A DNA stretch of 57,438 bases, the filler included, from Platydemus manokwari (Eukaryota), in assembly GCA_037951405.1 (NCBI GenBank). It is 5 parts of 5 records of this genome, joined end to end, with 100 filler letters (N's around TTAATTAATTAA, not from the genome) between each part and the next. Parts side by side here need not be neighbours in the genome. Positions count along the whole stretch, not along the records: positions 29,994 to 47,795 come from JBBMOY010777758.1; positions 47,896 to 57,438 come from JBBMOY011234653.1; 3 more parts are not named here. One strand, written 5' to 3'. The notes below the pieces were generated by a model. The model ran no database searches and was not told the DNA's origin. It saw nothing but the letters and a program-made list of their open reading frames with translations. The translations under genes were made by a program, and so were the position numbers. Of this stretch, positions 38,061 through 50,830 are shown piece by piece. Within the stretch, counting starts at the first letter, position 1. Every line of letters begins with the position of its first letter.

Positions 38061-41000
38061 AATAATACAATTTCAAATAAATAATGAAGATGAATCATTC
38101 ACAATTATATTTATTAAGGACTAATTTGTTCTCCATTATTGGTTTTTAATAATTTTTTTAATCTTTTAATATTTTAATTTTATTTTAAAGTTCTACTACC
38201 AGTATTTAGAGTTTAAGTCGTTATCCAGTCAACAGACTTGTAAGTCAGTTAAAAATATTTTAATTTTTATCGACCTACGATTATAAAATAAATTTGGAAG
38301 GATAAATCCCGAAAGTAATTTTAAATCACGATTAATTTTTAATGAAACCAATCAAGATCAAAATATCAAAATTAAAGTCTGTAATCATGGAAAAATGATC
38401 AAATAACTCTCTAGAATGACTGAGTGACCGCAACACGAAACGTTATTTTGCCTAGAAAATATTACAGTATTAGTCAATCTATGCATATGTATCGTAAAAC
38501 TGAAAATCCTTGTTCTCCAATGATTATGATTGGTTGATAATTTCTATATGACCTTGTAGGTATGCATGTATATAAAATTTTCAAGCAACGGTTGAAAGTT
38601 GTCAAGATCATTATTTTGTGTGATATTCTTCTATACTCTATGGATTACTTGAGTAAAAATATAAAATCAATAAAATACCAATATTTCCTACTTACAAAAT
38701 AATATTTGTTACCAAAGATCGAAATAAAGTGAAAACGAAACTTTTTTTGTTATGAACATAAAAAAAACGGTTTTATCTAATTACAAATAAAATTTTTTTA
38801 ACGATAAAATTAAATGATACATTAAGAGCTTCTATCAAATAATTCAGAACTATTAAATGTGAATTTATGTTATCTCAACGAGATCTGTCTGTTTTTTTTG
38901 TTATTTGACTTCGATTATACTGAGAATGTCACGATATACGACGCCATGATATACAATGTTTAACAATTAAAAGTATTGGTTTTATGAAATGGATATGAAA
39001 GCTTAAATTTAAGTTCCTTGGAATGAATGAGATTATTTTCTCAAGCAGACTTTCAACGATAAAATTTTTTGTTCGCAATTTATCAACACACACGCACACA
39101 CAATGAGTGAAATTAATGAAACCAAGTATTTGTCACATAAAAGAGGAATTATTGATTAATAGAATGAAATCCCTGCATTGTGGAAGCCATTATCCACATA
39201 TTTATAAGACAATAATCTCAGCTTGATATCCTTATTTTCAATGATAAAAGTACGTCATGGGGTTTGAATACTCATTAAATCTCGATTTAAAAATAAATGG
39301 TATAAAATGACCCACACAAATTTGCACGAATCGATTTATGAATGAAATGCGAATCTGAAAAGCTGAGAGTTGTCCACTGATAAAAATTATTAATTGAGTG
39401 AAATGTAAATTGAGGGAAAAAGTTTTCTTTTTGCTTTTAAAATTTATTAATTAAAAATTCAGGTGAATAATTGAGAAAAATAGATAAATATCTCTTTCTA
39501 AATTAGAAATTATTTTCTATTCCTATTAGCAATTCGGATAATTTTACGATAAGAAATTTTCGATTAAAATTTTTTACCAATACTATTTTCAATGAATGAA
39601 TTTATATTAATTTTTTATTTGTTTTAAACAACTGGAAATAACTAATACAATATAATAAATAATCAATAAATATTAGATAAATAATACAAATATAAATCAA
39701 TAATAAACCGTGATGAAGTTTTGTAAATCCCAAAAATACTTCTTTGAATCTCAAAATCGATTTTTCTCCTTGAAAATCCGACAGTCAACGTGAAAGTAAT
39801 TTTATCTCTTCACAAGTAAAGAAATTGAAACCAGTTTTTACATGTTGTTTTAGCATATTTTCACTTTTTAGTGGTGCTACAGTTCGATAAATGTTTCCTG
39901 ATTGTCTATGTGAGATACTTTCAATAAATTAAATTTTTAATTCAAATTTAATTCTAATTTTCTATAAAATAATATTTATATAAAATTAAACTTATTTGTT
40001 TTTAAATAGAATTTTGCTGTCTGGACTTTTCAGCTCATTTTTAACATGTGGTTTTTAAAATAATAGCGACTTACATGGCGAACACGCATCTGGATTCGAT
40101 TCTGAAAAGATCAACGACTGCAAATTATAGAAAAGAAGGAGGAAGATACAGAGACTATATAGAGAATATATAAAGAAGATACAAGGAAGATATAAAGGAG
40201 TTGTAGAAGAGATAAAAAGGGGATATAAAAAAGATATAAAGAATATATAAAATAAGATATTAAAAGATAGAAGAATTAGAGTTTTCGTGTAATGAAATAT
40301 ATAGAGCAGGGACAATTAAAAAAATCAAAAATTTTAAAGAAAGAGGGATGAGATATTTTAAATGAATTAAGTCTTTAATTCAAATTTAATTCTAATTTTA
40401 TATAAACTCATTATAGATTTTTGGTGTTTTGAGTTTTCAGTTCTTTTCAATGTGTGATTTTTCAAATATTAGCGGCTAAAAACCGAAATTTTTTGTAATC
40501 TTTTAGAAATTTAGAATGAAAATAAGCTGATTTTACTTATTAAAACTACCGATCTTATTTTAATATTTGCATTCTTTTTATTGAATATAAGTTACAAGAC
40601 TTGACAGTTTGATATACAATGGTTATGGTAGACCTCAATTACATGTTCACAGTGGCTAAAGTGTCGAAAGATATTAAAGAACACATTTAAAAACTTTACA
40701 ATGAAGCCTAGAAAGATGTATAACAAGTACACCGAATAGCCAATCACGTGCTTTCAAATTAACAATCTTTGATTGCATATGAGCAAACAACGAGTAATAT
40801 ACTGACGACACGAGAAATAGAAGGAAATTGTTTATCACTAAAACGATTCTATCAAATGAAATGCAGAACTTCAAACATATAGGCAAATGCGGTATAATCT
40901 GTAGAATGGGTCCTAACTCTAATAACGTTTATTTTTGTTATTACCTGTGTGATTTCATTTATTGACGAGTGGTTGACTTTATCCCGAAGTGGCTATTTTT

Positions 41001-41649
41001 ATTCTTGTAGTATTCAGCTAAATAGAGTTCAGTTAATTTCTTAAAGGTTTTAAAAGCCTCCTATTTTTACTGCAGCACTGTGCAGTAAACCATTCAAATT
41101 TACTGATTCTTCACTAATTCCACTAATTGGTGTTTGTTTAACCTTTGAGCGGTTGAAACACTTTCGCCAATTCATTATTTTCAATTCTTTACCAACTTCA
41201 CGATTTAGTACTTTGACCTTGATCAAGTCTGATTTTATGGCAATTTCAGACTTTTTTGAAAATCAATTTATTTTTATTGTTTTGTTTTATTAATTATGTT
41301 TATCTGGTGTGCTCATTATAGCCAATAGATTCTTTAAATGTTTGTATTCTTTTTTCATTTACAGTACCTTCAAAAACAACCTTATCCAAATCTCAATAAA
41401 AAATAAAACATCATTTTAATTATAAATTCAAAATGGAATAAAACAGAAAATAAAAAGAAAAATCTATCTTCAATCATCAAATGATAGTTCTCTTTGTTTT
41501 TCATTTTCGGTAATAAATAAAATGAAAAAAACGCGGTACGTAATTCTTAAAATAAAGACCAAAATCAGAAACAATATCATCTACTTGACGGAAGTCACAT
41601 TAGAATCATAATCACAAATGATTCTTGGAAAGCGAAACGATGTCTAAAA

Positions 41650-41935
41650 TAGATTTCCGTTCATTACACAATACAAATCAATACAGCATCAATTTTTCAT
41701 CTATTTGGATTTCACAATGTCATTTCACAACATAGAAAATGTCGTTCATTCATTGAGTAAAATCTGAACACAGTTGGATTTGAAATTTTCAATATTTTCA
41801 TTGTTTCGAAATTGTGTTATAAAAGGATGACTCGTTTTATTAAATAGGCTATTTCACGGTAACACATTAGTGTTTGAATTTTTAAAGTTCGAGACTGGTC
41901 ATTTGTGATTTCGGCACGATGCATGTTCTTATAGA
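41650..41935 (+). pseudogene. Decayed kinase relic
   Basis: SIFHLFGF, G*LVLLNRLFHGN and VICDFGT (DFG at 41907-41915), across frameshifts. Confidence 0.38.
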
Positions 41936-42279
41936 AAATCGATATTTAATATATCTATTAAATGATTATTTGATTCTATCATTGATTCAATTAATTTTAA
42001 TTCAATTTAATCAAATTATAATAAATCAATAATTCAACTATTATATTGTATTACAATTATTACTATTGATCATTATTGATTATTATGTTGCTGTGATTAA
42101 TGGAATAATAATAATGATTTTATGATCATTTTAAATAACAATACATTTATATTTAAAAAATATAAGTGATCAATATTATTTATTTGAATATTTGAACTAA
42201 ATAGATTTTATGGATTAAATTTTTTAAATAGTTTATATTCCATATTTAATGAAATCGTAGCAGTAAGCATGGTGAGTAG

Positions 42280-42765
42280 TGTTGGAATACTTCTGAACAA
42301 TTCACTGATCGCTGACTCTAAAAATAGAAGGCTGACTTTGTTTTCAACAGCCTACTACTCAGTAAGACATGCAAAATAAATACACTCAACATACTTCTCA
42401 AAACATAAAGAAAACCGGGCTTCCAACTGGCAGTTGATTCTCTTTACATCGATATTTATACTCGAGATCTGTGTGTGATTTTTGTGTCACTTTTGTATCA
42501 CATTTTGATTCAATCTTTGCTTTTCTATGTTACTATTGCGTTTACTAGTTTTTACATGAATGAGATTGGTCAATCCCTATCTGTGTGCTATTATTCGGCT
42601 ATGTTCCCTTTTCCAATTGTCGTTTATTATCCTACTCCGCTGTGATTAGTTGTTTGCTATGCCTATGTAGTTGTGTAGGCATGCAAATGTTTGTAGTGTT
42701 TAAACAAGGGTTCCAAGGTGCAAATGGGTTTATTTATATTGAGGGACGAATCCGTTGCTAAACTA
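42280..42765 (-). mobile_element. Inverted copy of the 456-bp TG...CA element
   Basis: Reverse complement shares TTTGCACCTTGGAACCC, CGACAATTGGAAA, ATCGATGTAAAGA and CAGTTGGAAGCC with 17220-17510, and the homology extends to the 3' end of the element. Confidence 0.7.
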
Positions 42766-43465
42766 CATGTTGAAGTTCCAATGGTTTAATTTATCTTACC
42801 TAATGGTAATTTTAATTAACAAAGTAATAAGTGTATAATTATCGACCTAATTTTACCAAAATTGATTTAATCTACATCGATATTAATTTAAAATTACAAA
42901 AAAATTGAAAAACCGCATTATCGAACTGCGCCGATCAGGAAATTTTTCATTTCATTTAAAGATTTACTGATATTTCATTTTCTCAAATCACTTTATCTTC
43001 CCATCTTCCCATAATCAAAAACAATTTATAATTCGATAATTTTTCAATGCAAAAATTTCCCAAAATTATTATTCCTTTTACTGCACAATGAGATTTATCT
43101 CTAAACCAATACAAACCAAATTTGTAATATTTACTGTGTTATCAACAATAACCTCAGTTAAACAAGAAATAATGATAAATTTATCTGAGCAAAATCTAGC
43201 TTTTAAATAATCCAATCAGAAATTCTTTTCATAAAAAATATATTTCCAACTTTATAACTAGCTAATGATTGGATTATCGATGCATAACAAGAATCTCGCA
43301 GGATCCTTTGATCTCAAGCGGTGTTCCACACAATAAATTTCCTCTCTCAATTCCTACATTTATTTCATAAATAGGTGGTGGACAATAACGAATTCTTATA
43401 TCAATGCTAAACAAATTTGACTTTTGTAATCTATCGATGCCAATGTTAGAAAATTAAAAGAATAT

Positions 43466-43906
43466 ACCGTGCGTTTCATAAGTCTCCGTCTTTCAAACTA
43501 AAATAAAACAACAAAACACAATATCATTTATACTCACATATTTATATTCATTGATATTAATTATTATTCAATGATGAATGTGCTTTATTTCTTATTTCTT
43601 ATTAATCAGTTGCATTATTACAATATGGAGGAAGCAGCTGGTGATGCTAAATTTTCGAGAACCAAAGGAATGGCTACCAAGATCTCTAGACCTCACGTAT
43701 TGGACTTTTGGCTATGGAGCTACATCAAAGTTTGAGTTTATGCAATCTATAACAATTATGCAACGCACAACGAACTTGAAGAAACAATCCCACATGAATT
43801 AATAAATAAACAAGAAGTCGTCCGTAAATGTTATTCACACTTCAGGAAAAGATACAATCTCTGTTCGGAGCAAGATGGTGAACATTTTGAACAATTGCTA
43901 TGTAAT
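43466..43906 (+). mobile_element. Tc1/mariner remnant, internally deleted
   Basis: TIR-like TA|CCGTGCGTTTCATAAGTCTCC; WLPRSLDLT/LDFWLWSYIK (WPPRSPDLTPLDFxLWG) from 43671; C-terminal CSEQDGEHFEQLL. Confidence 0.75.
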
Positions 43907-44154
43907 TGCTTATTATTCTTACCGTTATTTGTTCCTACTGTTATTATATTATTTATCTTATTATTTATCTTATCTTAGTGACTGACAAAATATTTCATTA
44001 AAAATTTAAATATATTAGAGAACCAAAAATTCGAAATTATTTTGATTATGTTATTAAAATTTTTATGATGGAATTATAAATGAATATAAATTAACACAAG
44101 TAAATAAAAATAAATAAAAATAAATATTTTAATATATTTTTAAAAATTAAATTA

Positions 44155-44277
44155 ATGATAATAATAACATTAATAATAATAATAATAGTAACAAATAATA
44201 ATAATACTGATAATAATAAAAACACAATAATAATAATGATAATAATAATAACAAGTAATAATAATAATAATAATAAT
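44155..44277. repeat. Imperfect (AAT)n microsatellite
   Basis: Visible AAT tract. Confidence 0.85.
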
Positions 44278-44819
44278 TTTCAAAGATATATTCTCAAAAA
44301 TTTGTTATTAGATTTTATAAATGTCACAGAATAAATACTGGTATTACAGGACAGAGGAATTCTGAAAACAGCTAGACAAGATCGTCCAGGAAATGATAAT
44401 TATACTAGCAATGTTGCTAATGCAATGAAAACAAATAGCGAAACGAATGATATGAAATGCAAAACTCCAATTATCTCAATTTTCATTGTTTCTGAAAAAT
44501 TTTCTATACGGTTCAGGTAATTATTTTATCATTTATTTGGCGGAATGAATATTTCGGAATAAAAATATTTTCAAAGGTAGACGAAATTATTAGTCGTGAT
44601 TGGATGAAACATTGGACAAACATACTGGGAACAATTGTGTGATAGAGTTTTGGTTCATTTTTATCGATTAATTCTGGTTAGGTTATTTCAACGAAAATTT
44701 AATTCGCATTTTGAAAATCCTTCTGAAAAATGTAAATTAAATTCTTCAAGAACTTAAATGAAAATATTCAAAATATTTTTAAAGAATATAATTAAATAAA
44801 CTCCACAAATTAACAATTT

Positions 44820-45914
44820 GGTTTGAGTAAAGAAAAAGAATCCTTTGACCCAATTTAGTGTAATGATTTTTCGCGCATTAATTAATATTAAAATTCATGT
44901 TTTCATAAAAGTTTCACATGAAATTCGATTTTACATTAAAATGAGAAACATCTCCAACAACCTGTAATATGATTCAATAAAAAAATATCATTTCAAATAT
45001 AAAATTTCTGTTTGATTTGTGATTATTGCTTCTTGGTTGCTACACTTCGATTGCGGACTAGAAATAAGAAACAACCTCTTATTACATCTTTTTAGCCCTC
45101 CAAAAACTCAAATACGTGTTGTTCGACGTCCGTAATTATAGTTGACCTCTCTAAGATATGTCTCATTAATTTCCTGAACGATATTTCGGCTTCCAAACAC
45201 TTTACTATTCGCGCTATTTCTTCATACTCGTGTCATCTGTAAATTTTGTATCTTAATAAATAATTTTAAATTATTGGTTTGACTTTGATAAAATTTATTA
45301 CCATTTTGTGATTGTTGGTTTAATTACGGACGTCTTTTAATGACACACTTTTTCTGTGGCTCCGATGCACCATAAATAACCACATATTGTCGATGAAGGG
45401 CAAGGTCGTATTGTTCAACCAAGTCCCTATATAAATTCAAAAATTTCTTGTACATTTGTGGCATCCCTAGCTGTACTATTTATTTGATTTGGATGAAATC
45501 CTCACTAGATTAATGAATCGACAGGTTTTGGATCTATTTATCTGATCTATTAAAGAGACATTGATATACTTATTTTGAGTTAAAACACAATTGCCTAGTT
45601 TCTGGTCAACAGTAATGATCAGCAAATTACTTTTTTTTATAAAATAATTTTAAAAATCTCCATTTACTTCTAATGTTAAGAAAATGGATTGTATTTTGAC
45701 ATAATTTGACTCGTTTTTCAACGAATTAATTACAAGTAGATTTTAATTCTCCAGTGTGTTTAATATTTGATTTCAAACTACTAAAATTCATCTTACGTTC
45801 TTAAATAAAAAATTCAGTGTTTTTAGATAATTTAATTAAATAAACTATATAGGCTTTTGAAATACACTCTGTAAATTTAAAATTTTATTTTAGGACCTCC
45901 TTTTAATTTAAGCC
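44820..45914 (-). mobile_element. Merlin DNA transposon, second copy, with TIRs and an 8-bp TSD
   Basis: Imperfect TIRs start with GG. Flanks AACAATTT (44812-44819) and AAAAATTT (45915-45922) match at 7/8. Remnant peptides GTWLNNTTLP, EINETYLREVNYNYGRR, VFGGLKR, RNRSVAT. Confidence 0.78.
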
Positions 45915-46139
45915 AAAAATTTATAAACCAAAATTTATTCTCGTATCCTAATATTGTATCCAGAATCCAGAATGCCAATTTTTCTCTTTTTTTTCTTTTA
46001 CATTGCCAGCTAAATATATTGGCTTTTCAGAGTCTTGGAGTTTTGATTTCTTTTATTGCACATAAATATGAACTTACTTTTATAATAATAATAATTATTA
46101 TTATTATTGTTATTACTATTAACAGTGATTGACAATTAA

Positions 46140-46472
46140 TTTTATGATCGAGAACAAAGCTATTTTATCGGTTTATGACTATAAACTATAAACCATCGAT
46201 ATTCCGGTATCGATTTGATGAATGGATATAGAGCAACTCAAATAGGATTAGTAAATTATTGGTTGCGATTAGGAATTTTTGAAGCTATTCAAATTTGGCA
46301 ACGATTATCGTGGAAGATAAGTGGTGATATGGGGTTTTTGCATAAGCTATTTAATAAAGGAATATTTGTAATTTATGACCTATCGATTTTTCTCCTCTAT
46401 TTCAATTTATTTGAATCCAGTACCGCTCATCTAGATTCAATTGATATTTTTGCTTTGGATAATATTATGTAA
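46140..46472 (+). pseudogene. Decayed kinase/pseudokinase relic
   Basis: INHRYSGIDLMNGY...IWQRLSWKISGDMGFLHKLFNKGIFVIYDLS resembles TKL/IRAK subdomains IV-VIb. Confidence 0.4.
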
Positions 46473-47795
46473 AAAATATGTCGAATATGTAAAAAATAAA
46501 CTTAAAAAAATAATAAAATAATTACAAATAATAAAAAAAAAATCAATTTTATAATGCACGCGATATCACTATAAAAAGTCCATTCTTGGTAACAGTTGCC
46601 AGTCTTTTATGGTTGGGAATTTCTGAGGTTGTTTGTATCTTTCGGTGTTGATCCAATTGTGATCTGACTTTCGAAATTTAGGTTCGCTGAGTAACTTTGA
46701 GTTCCGAGTGTTTTACCTTTGACGGTCTCGTTAAATTTGTACGTGTCGTTACTTTGAGATTCCAGTGTTAGTATTTAACATAACACCTATATACATTGTA
46801 AATCATTTTTAAAAATAGTATTTTATTCTAATAGAAAACACAATTTAAAAATAATAGTATAAATTTATTTCATCGATTTTTTAATTTTTGTCGATATTTC
46901 CACTTAACAATTTTCTGTGTCTGTTTCCAAACTTTCAAAATCTGAAATGGCATCACAGTGTATCTAAGACATAGTCAAGTGTTTGATGTCAATAGATGTA
47001 GTCACGTTCAGCTGTGTTATATTAAATGACTTCAATTTTATCAGGAATTATCAGATGGCATCACATTTGTGTTCCATTTTTCCAAGCTGACATTTTGCCA
47101 ATGTTTTTCTGAAGTTTTTTCGAAAATATTTTTAGTGGATTTTAAAAATAAATTTTTCGATAACAACTACTCATCACCAGCTTTATTGGGCGATTAGATT
47201 TGCATTTTATATTGTTGTAATTATACCGGGTCAGTAGAGTGTTCCTGTCTGAGAATTATCTGGATTATTAATCAAATCTTCAAATTGTCATGGATGAAAC
47301 GGTGGAGCTAAAATCGATTTAAGAATATTTGCAAATTGGCGAAAAATTAAACATTTTTTAAATCTCGTCAATAATAATATAAAATAAACAATATTGCTAC
47401 TTTTATTAATGATAAACTAAATTATGATCTTCCTCCAAAAATTCTGAATAATGGCATCAAATGAAATTTGAAAACATCGGTTGCAATTACTAAATTTAAA
47501 CTGCCTGCCAAATACAAGCAAAAGATCAAGTTTAATTAAAAAATATTTCATTACAGAGCAAATCTATTTTTGATTTAATTGCTTTGCTGTCATAATTAAA
47601 AAGGAAATTTTGTTTATGTTTTATTTATATTCTATCATTAATATATTTTATTATTATGTTATATATCTTAATAATTAGTTTAATAATTATGATTAATTAA
47701 TAATATATTATTATTATTAAATATTGGGTCTATAATTTAATAACCGGAATTTGACACCAGATGTAAACACTTGTGTGTGTGCTGTAGCAAATCAT

Positions 47796-47895
47796 NNNNN
47801 NNNNNNNNNNNNNNNNNNNNNNNNNNNNNNNNNNNNNNNTTAATTAATTAANNNNNNNNNNNNNNNNNNNNNNNNNNNNNNNNNNNNNNNNNNNN
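47796..47895. other. Artificial contig spacer
   Basis: N44-TTAATTAATTAA-N44. Confidence 0.97.
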
Positions 47896-47990
47896 GTCTT
47901 TACTTTGAAACTTAATTGTTTTCCATTTGTTGTAAAATTATGTTTAAATTTTTAATAAAAAATCGGAAAAAAACTTTTGGTTCACCCTAA
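47896..47990 (-). mobile_element. Tc1/mariner-type TIR at a contig start
   Basis: Reverse complement TA|TTAGGGTGAACCAAAAGTTTTTTTCCG. Confidence 0.55.
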
Positions 47991-48770
47991 TAGTTGTATT
48001 ATTTTATCATTAGCTATTGTTTAAAAATACTAAATTTAATATAATTAAACTCGTTACATTTGAAAGAACACTTTGTCCTACAACTATTTGGTTTGCTTAT
48101 ATATATGGATGTATAATTCTGCTTCCAGATTTATAACCATGGATCGATTTGTGAAGACAGATTCGGATGAAGATATCCAAGATTCATTTCATCAACAAAC
48201 ATGTACAATACTCTGAACAAAAATACTTTTATTACATTTTAAAAAATAAATGCTGTTTTCTGCATAAAACAATACAATTATTGCACAAGGATTCCTCTAG
48301 ACAGAGGAATGTTTCCGTAGGGTTGCTCTCCAGCAAAAAGGTTTAAATATGTATATGTTCCCTATGAAATAATTACTTTTCCTTTTGGCTTCATTTTTTC
48401 AATAGTTGGTATTAGATTTAGATTAGGAGTTTAGATTTAGACTAAATATGTATATTTTATTTACTGAAATTTCAGTAAAACGCATTTTTATTTATTTAAG
48501 GGACTTACAAGGTTAAAGTGAATTTTCCATTTCAAATATTTTGAACTTCTTAATCAATTCGTTATTAATTATCGTTGGTTTAATGATAAATTATTTCTGC
48601 TTATTTTTACGGACTCACCAGTTTCATTATTGTCTTCAAAATGACAAAATTTCAGTCTTAACACTATGCATTTGGTTAAATTCATTCTTAAATTATATCA
48701 AGACTTTTTGATTGTATTATAGAGGAAATGATGAATACCATAACCACTAAAATCATCTTCATTCGGTTAC

Positions 48771-49191
48771 CTACTCTACGAGCTCTTTTTCCAAGTCCGG
48801 GTACTTGGCTGGAAAGCCACTGCAAGCTTTTTTAGTTTTTGGCAGCTCAATAAGACATTCTTTCTGCTTTGTCCACAACCTGATATTTGTCTGCGGAATT
48901 GTGAATTCTCTGGAAGCAGCCCAGTTACCATTTGCTTCTGCAAAGTTTATGACTTTAAGTTTGAGAGAAGCTTCATAACAAGATCTCTTTCTTTTAAATT
49001 CTGGCGTGTCAGTCATGTTTGTTGGGGGATCAGAATGATTGTCGTTTAAAAATTGTTAATAAACATACTCCTCTTAATACATAATCATTACATAATTTGA
49101 TCTTTCTTACATACTCAAGTATAATACTTCCCCTATTTTTAATGTTGAAATTTGAGACGAAAATGGGAACATTATACTTGGGTGATTACGA
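48771..49191 (-). mobile_element. pogo/Tigger-family 5' remnant with a Brinker-type DNA-binding domain
   Basis: ORF 49016-48771 (KRSCYEASLKLKVINFAEANGNWAASREFTIPQTNIRLWTKQ...AKYPDLEKELVE*); TIR-like TA|TCGTAATCACCCAAGTATAA and a subterminal repeat near 49112. Confidence 0.75.
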
Positions 49192-50049
49192 TACTACATA
49201 ATTTTTATGTTTTATCACAAATTAACAATTCTGATCCAATTAAAAGAAAATATGTAATCGTAATTATCTGATATGTAATTATCCTGATATGTAATTATCC
49301 CATACCTAAGACTTTAAGACTACTTTCTCAACTTTGCTTAATGAAAATAATCCAAAGATCTCTATTGTATCCGCTAAAATGTTTAAGTCTTGTTTTAAAA
49401 ATAATAAACGCTGAATCAAATTCATTTTTAAGTTGAATTTATCCCAAATTTTTCATATTATTCTTCAATTATAAAAGTTATCTTTAATTTACAAGGAAAA
49501 CATTCAATTGATGGTGACAAAGTCTCAGCTTATATCTAAAATGAAGCTATCGTTGAGTAGTGACTAAGTCTTGCAATAGAAAAAACGAATTTGCTCTTTG
49601 GAAACTTTGTTATAGCACTTTAAGCTTTCGCATGCTTACACAACCATACATATATATGGCAATCAACCAATCATTGTTAAGCTAAATGGAAAACTATAAT
49701 TGGAAAAAGGACATACCGAACATACGTATAAAAACCAAAAATCCTAAAAGAAAAGTGATTAAGATTTCGAGTATAAATGTCAGCAATTATTTGGTTATTC
49801 AGAATTTAGTGCCCAACATAGTCATACTATAGATACTTTTTTCTTTCAAGTAATTATTTTCTAATCTTTATAAATTCATCATACTATAAATTTCATCTTA
49901 AGAATTAATCTCAATAAATTATTAATTTTAACTCGTCTATAATTGAATGAAAAATAAATTTATTCATTTAATGGTAATATTTTTATTTCTTTATTTTTCA
50001 TTTGTCCTTTCATATAAGTCTAATTAAAACAATGAAAGTCATATTTCGG

Positions 50050-50830
50050 TCAAACCTTGTGTGTTGTTATGTAGTCATGTACCTTTACTGAATTGGAATC
50101 TTTAATTTATATTATCTCTGATTGACTGACTACTATGCCTTCATGTGGAAATTTTCAAAACAATTGTTAAAAGATGCCAATTTTTTTGGGTAAAATTGGA
50201 CTTTTTTCAACATTATTGATTTAGTTTTAATTTATTAATTTCAAAATTCAAATGTTCTATATCAGCTATTATAGGACGCACTATTCCTTTAATATCATTA
50301 TTAAAATTTGACATTTTTAATCTTCCCCATATATTATATGATGATTAATAAAAATATACACTGTTACAGAATGGCTGTAATATTTATTACTAATATTTAA
50401 TTTTATGATTCACTCTTTGATCATTCTTGTTGTTTTATTAAATGAACCAATATTGCTATTTGCTATCATAATTTCAAATATTTCGTCATTATTTCTGAAA
50501 AGTACAATAACTCATACCAGATAATAGATTTAATTTAGAAATTGTTTTTCATGTATCTCATTATTCAAATATTTACATAATCCATTTGATTTCTGATCAA
50601 CTAATTTCATGGAGATCACTAATGATTTCTAAAAATTCGTCTTCATTATTTACACATCATGTTTTTAATATTGTTTTGAAAATAATTTAATCCTCATATA
50701 TTCATTATCTATTTTATAAACACATTTTCTATAAATATTTTGAAATACTGTTTTAATAATTATTATTATAAATTGAATACTTAAATAATTGTTTATGGAT
50801 TCCAAAATTTAGTCTCAATCTTAAAGAATT
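50050..50830 (-). mobile_element. Decayed Penelope-like element remnant
   Basis: Degenerate LRLRLNF (LxLGLNF), IYG..K and IVRPII motifs in PLE order. Confidence 0.35.

Noticed and set aside
40055-40315. Hydrophobic 86-aa ORF
   Set aside because: It is a translation of a low-complexity purine-rich repeat.
44321-44517. Frame from an ATG containing only TGA stops (selenoprotein or recoding?)
   Set aside because: The TGAs arise from ATG-AAA and CTG-AAA in an overlapping open frame; no SECIS was recognised, and the RING gene uses TGA as a normal stop.
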